A stretch of DNA of 48,269 nt. Source: Candidatus Altimarinota bacterium (GTDB lineage Bacteria > Patescibacteriota > Gracilibacteria > Absconditabacterales > Absconditicoccaceae). Shown in pieces: positions 44,133 to 48,269 of this stretch; the first letter of the stretch is position 1, and the number at the start of each line of letters is the position of its first letter. The stretch is taken from contig JALUXR010000055.1 of NCBI GenBank assembly GCA_027013285.1, forward strand, positions 1 through 48,269, given 5' to 3'. The translations under genes were made by a program, and so were the position numbers. The notes beneath the pieces were generated by a model. That model was not told the origin of the DNA, did no database searches, and saw only the letters and a program-made list of their open reading frames with translations.

Positions 44133-44917
44133 ATGAATCAATATTCACTTACAGAAATGACAACTTTTTTGAAACTCATTATTTTCAACAACTTGAAAAA
44201 ATAAAAAATAATAAAAATATTTTAAATTATAATAACCATAAAATAAGGCATACTTATGGAGTGCTTTTTACAGCTCAAAGAATTATGACTTATGAAAAGG
44301 AAGTATTTAATAGCCCTGAGATAATAAAAAAAGCTGAAATAGCTAGTTTATTACATGATATAGGAAGATTTTATCAAAATGATTGAGACAGGATTTTATC
44401 TTGAAAAGAGTTTGAACATGGAGATATTTGATATGAAACTTTAAAAAAAGAATGAATTACGGATTTAGCTATACTTTTTTGAGTAAAATATCATAATAAA
44501 AAAGATATAAATTGAATTTATAATGAAGAAGCTTTTAAAAATTCTACAAATCAGGAAGAAATTATTAATGTTTTAAATCTTGTAAGGGATGCAGATAAAT
44601 TACAAAATTTAGAGTATATTTTATTTAATTTTAATGATAGAATATTTAATTTAGATAAAATAGATGATAAATATACTGAAATAGTAGTGGAACAAATTTT
44701 AAACAAAGAAATTGTAGATAGGCAACATAAAAAAACTTATATTGATAATATTTTAACATTTACTTGATGGATTTTTGATTTAAATTTTCAAACTTCAAAA
44801 AAATTTTTAGTTAATGACAAATTTGTGGATTTTATTATTTGAAAATTGGTAGAAGTAAATTTAGAAAAAGATTTAATTTCTAAAATAAAAACTACTTTAG
44901 AAGAATATTTGAAATAA
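44133..44917 (+). CDS. HD-domain phosphohydrolase, reading frame broken at a T6 run (frameshift or non-canonical start)
   Basis: The HD frame (HTYGVLFTAQRI, LLHDIGRF, VRDADKLQNLEY) is open from 44120 to TAA 44915-44917. It has no ATG/GTG/TTG before the first conserved His. ATG 44133 (MNQYSLTEMTTF) is in the frame one position off and meets it at TTTTTT 44165-44170. Confidence 0.6.
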
Positions 44918-44956
44918 AAAAACTAGGATTTGGATTTCCTAGCTATATTTTTTTTA
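44915..44956. terminator. bidirectional terminator between the HD gene and flotillin
   Basis: A-run, stem CTAGGA (44923-44928) / TCCTAG (44937-44942), then a T8 run (44948-44955). Confidence 0.65.
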
Positions 44957-46354
44957 TGATTTCTTTTTTGTAATATTTATAGCTTTTTTTGCTATTTCAT
45001 TAAATTTTTCTTCTCATACAGTATTTTTAAATGATTCTACCATAGCTCAAACATTTGCACCACCTTTTGAAGTAAATAAATCCATAAATGAATTCATACC
45101 TTCATCTCCATTTGCACCAGTAGAAATAACTTTAATATCAGCTTTTTCAAGTGCTTTTGCTTTTTCTAGATCAACTTTTGTATTGTATTTAAGATTAAGC
45201 TCTTGAGTTAAATATTCTAATGTAGTTTGAGAAAACATATTCAAAGCTTTTGCCATTTCCATTTTATTTTTAGCTTCAGCAGTACCAATATAATCAATAC
45301 TTTTAGCTTTTGCTAATCATTCTTTTTCTACAGCACCTTGTTTAGCTTCAGCATCAAGTTCAACAGCTCTAGCTCTAGCTTCAGCATCAAGTTCTATAGT
45401 TCTAGCTTTAGCTTCAGCATTTTTAATATCTATTTCTTTAGATTTTTCAGCATCAATAATTTCTTTAACTTTTTGTATTTCAGCTTCTCTTTCTTCTTCA
45501 AGTAATTTAATATCTAGTTCTTTTTGTTTAGTTTCTTTTTGTTTTTCAAAAATTTGTTTTTTAGATTCTTCTTCTTGTAATCTAATTAATTTTTCTTTTT
45601 CAACTTCTTGAGTTCTTGTAAGTTTATCAGCTTCAATTTGTGCTAATTTTGCTTCTTTTTCATTCTCAATTCTTTTTACTTCAGCTTCTTTCTTTGCTTG
45701 TGCTTCAACTATTTCTATATCTCTATTTCTTCTTGCTACTTCATTTTTTGAATCTGATTCAATAGCTTTTCTCTTTTTTTCAAGTAAGTTTCTAATTACT
45801 TCAAATCATTCAGCATCAATAATATCCATAAATTCTATATTTTTTAGATCAACTCACCATTCTTTTACAGCTTGAGTAATTTCTTCATAAAATTTAGTTG
45901 CTAAATCACCTCTTGCTTCCATAATCTCTTGTATATCGTATTGAGATAATGTTTTTCTAATAGATCATTTTACAATCTCTTTTAATTGAAGTTTTAATTC
46001 TTCAAAATCAGCAACTCTTTTGGCAGCTAATTCTGGGTCTTTAATTATAAAGAAAGCTGTAACATCTACATCAAATGGTATTTTACCATTATCATATGCT
46101 TGGTATTTTTCTAATTTTATATCAAATACATATAATGGTAATTTAGTTACAGAAACACCAAATCAAGGCATCCATTGAGGGAAATTGTAATAGACATTTC
46201 ATTCTTCAAAATCTTTACCTTTTATAATAGTTCTTTTACCTTTTTGTAAAATATGAACTTCATTTGTAGAAACTACTTTTCTTAAATTTACAGCTATAAT
46301 TATAAAAACTATAAATATAACTATACCTACTGGTCATAGAATTAATCAACTCAT
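44954..46354 (-). CDS. flotillin-like SPFH/band-7 protein (466 aa)
   Basis: All in-frame triplets checked. N-terminal TM GPVGIVIFIVFIIIAV; SPFH-like region; a long E/K/A-rich coiled coil (AEAKARTIELDAEARARAVELDAEAK); C-terminal part equals track ORF 45047-45262. Confidence 0.88.
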
Positions 46355-46409
46355 TTTTTATTTTAAATTATAAATAAAATTATATCTTTATTATATGTTT
46401 TTTATTCTA

Positions 46410-47093
46410 TTATGTCAAATTGTTTAGTATTTTTATAATTTTTGTTATAAATTGGTTATAAATAACTATAATTTTTTCTAAATTTTCTTTATCTAGTTTT
46501 AGTCTTTCTTCAAGTAGTTTTTTATGTCATTTATATTCAGGTAAATTAACTTTTGTATTTTTTAAGTGTTTTTTTACAGTATTAGTTTCTTTATAATTTT
46601 TTACTAAAGTGTAATGTAGATAAAGTATTATGTTATAATATTGTCTGAATTTTTTATAATTTGGATTATTGTTATCTATCAATTTTTTTTCAGAATAATC
46701 GTTTATAAAATTTTTAAAAATCTTTTCTGCATCATTTAGGATATTATTTATATTATCTGTTTGTAGGAAATTATCTAAATAATTATTTTCAATATCTGTA
46801 TTTATTAGAAAATTTTCACTTCAATGAGATAAAAAAATACCTAAAATATCTTTTATTTGTTTTTCATTTAAATTTCCTTTTAGTTCGAAAATTATTTTTG
46901 GAATAATAAAATCATTATTTTTTGAAATAAATAAACTACTTTCTACATTTGTTAATTTTATAAAATTATTGAACGATTTTCAAAAATGATAAATAAAAAA
47001 ATTATGTAAATCGTATTTTATAGATTTTAAAAGAGTAGTTTCTTTATATTTTTTAATTAGTGGAAATGAAAAGTAGTATATTTCTAAATACAT
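46410..47093 (-). CDS. hypothetical protein (227 aa)
   Basis: ATG 47093-47091 and TAA 46412-46410. Frame checked triplet by triplet. Not in the ORF track. No family recognised. Confidence 0.65.
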
Positions 47094-47169
47094 TTAGTTA
47101 ATTTTGAATTATAAATTATAAGATCTTAAAAAATGATTAGAATAATAAAAAAGTTTAGTTCCGTAATTT

Positions 47170-48102
47170 TTATTCAAATCCTTTAATTTTTATTTTTCCT
47201 TCTGATAATTTTTCATAAGCTTTTATTACAAGTTTTACTTTTTTTTCTAGTATTTTATCTTTTTTGATTCTTTTTATTAAATTATTGTAATTTGTAATAA
47301 GTTCTTCTGCAACAGTTGCTTGGTCTTCTGATATGTTTTCTTTTCCGTAGTTTCTAGCAAATCAAGGAACTTTCTTATCTATATCTTTATAAAGATATTT
47401 TAATTTTTGATTTTTTCTAATTTCCTCCCATTTTTTAGAATTATTGTAATATTGCATAGCTTGATGAAAAAGTTCATGATGAAAACTTTTTTCAATTCAT
47501 CTTAAAGCAAGGTAAATATTATCATCAGATTGAGTTTCAAATCATCACAAAACAGTAATTCAATAATCATTTTTTCTATAAAAATAACTACTTACTACTA
47601 TATTTGCTAAGTTTATATTTTTTATAAAAGTAAGTGGATAAATTTCTAAACATTTTTTAACTTTTCTAAAAGCTATGATTTGTTGTGTTTTCAAAAGTTT
47701 ATGTCCATAAATTCAAGCATTTGGAAACTGAATATCTTTATCAACCAAAATAATTTTTATTCAATATTTTTTTTCTAAGAATTCTTTTTCTGATATTTCT
47801 CATTTGTAGTATTTTTCAAAAAATGATAGTTTGTTTATAATATTTTCTACTTCATCAGTATCTATTTTCTTTCATAGTAAATCATTTTCTACAATTGCAT
47901 CTAGTAATTCAATAGGGTTATAAACTATTCTTTCATCAAATTCGGTATTTTTGTTTAAGTAAATTTCTATAATTTCTTTTAAACTTTTGTCAGAAATATT
48001 TAATTTATTCAAAAAATCTTCTAATAACTTTTTATCTTTCTTATATGTAAAGTTATACTTGTCTAAAATTTTGTGCATTATTTCAAAATAAATTATATTC
48101 AT
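47170..48102 (-). CDS. putative zincin-like protein with HExxH motif (310 aa)
   Basis: Track ORF 47872-48102 continues through TGA codons to TAA 47172-47170. Motif EKSFHHELFHQAMQYY. Confidence 0.75.
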
Positions 48103-48133
48103 TTTAGTTTTAAAAGTTATTAAGTCAAAAGTT

Positions 48134-48269
48134 TTATTCCATAAATCTTGCCCGTCATTTAAGATAATAGTTAATTATCATTTCATTGTCTAAATCATTT
48201 ATTTTTAAAGTTTTCATATTTACAAGGTAGTCTTTATCAAATTTTGTAGAAATGTATTCTCAAGTAAGT
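48134..48269 (-). CDS. 3' end of a hypothetical gene (start outside window)
   Basis: The only minus-strand frame open from the window edge. Ends at TAA 48136-48134 with ...KINDLDNEMIINYYLKGRARFME. Confidence 0.35.

Noticed and set aside
20573-44204. Track ORFs 20573-20761 (-), 28634-28831 (-), 31069-31269 (-), 43399-43662 (+) and 43986-44204 (+)
   Set aside because: They are antisense or off-frame to the 20523 gene, rplD, rplV and the UvrC-like gene. The tail of 43986-44204 is only relevant as the ATG-containing frame discussed for the HD gene.
1-48269. Alternative explanation of the in-frame TGA codons as code 4 (UGA = Trp, Mycoplasma-like) or as massive pseudogenisation
   Set aside because: The TGA codons fall at invariant Gly positions of P-loops, the EF-Tu G1 motif, L2 GGGE and a lipobox. 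Trp would break these motifs. Every housekeeping gene, including all ribosomal proteins, would have to be a pseudogene under the standard code.

Overview
This is a very AT-rich 48.3-kb chromosomal segment from a bacterium that reads UGA as glycine (translation table 25). That code, with the absence of rpmD, points to a Gracilibacteria/Absconditabacteria-type CPR lineage. The supplied standard-code ORF track is therefore fragmented and sometimes in the wrong frame. I retranslated by hand with TGA as sense and TAA/TAG as the only stops. This gives about 60 protein genes and 3 tRNAs, with no rRNA, CRISPR array, transposase or integrase. Gene order, left to right: M23 peptidase; clpB behind two CIRCE-like operators; a small cassette inserted at the clpB 3' end; an HExxH peptidase; DUF167 plus ilvE, duplicated around a 1.95-kb insertion; AbrB-like regulator, nitroreductase and YgjV-like genes; a lipoprotein adaptor-HIT-MFS-RND block; PhnA-domain protein; an orphan KorB-like subunit; AGOG glycosylase; a VirD4/TraD-like ATPase with an S1 tail next to a VirB2-like pilin; tRNA-Phe/Pro/Ile; tuf and a complete S10-spc ribosomal cluster through secY; ftsE; two small genes behind a strong promoter; lspA; ruvC; a secreted 466-aa protein; a half-size UvrC; a frameshifted HD gene; and a flotillin operon. 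The main candidates for novelty are four. (1) A base-perfect 456-bp direct repeat brackets an insertion whose only gene fuses a cyclase-like palm domain to two cNMP-binding-like domains. (2) A 32-bp duplication of the clpB 3' end brackets another single-gene cassette. (3) A two-gene T4SS-like module has a coupling ATPase that ends in an S1 nucleic-acid-binding domain. (4) Several compact regulatory repeat sets are present. All family assignments come from motif recognition by eye and need profile searches on table-25 translations.
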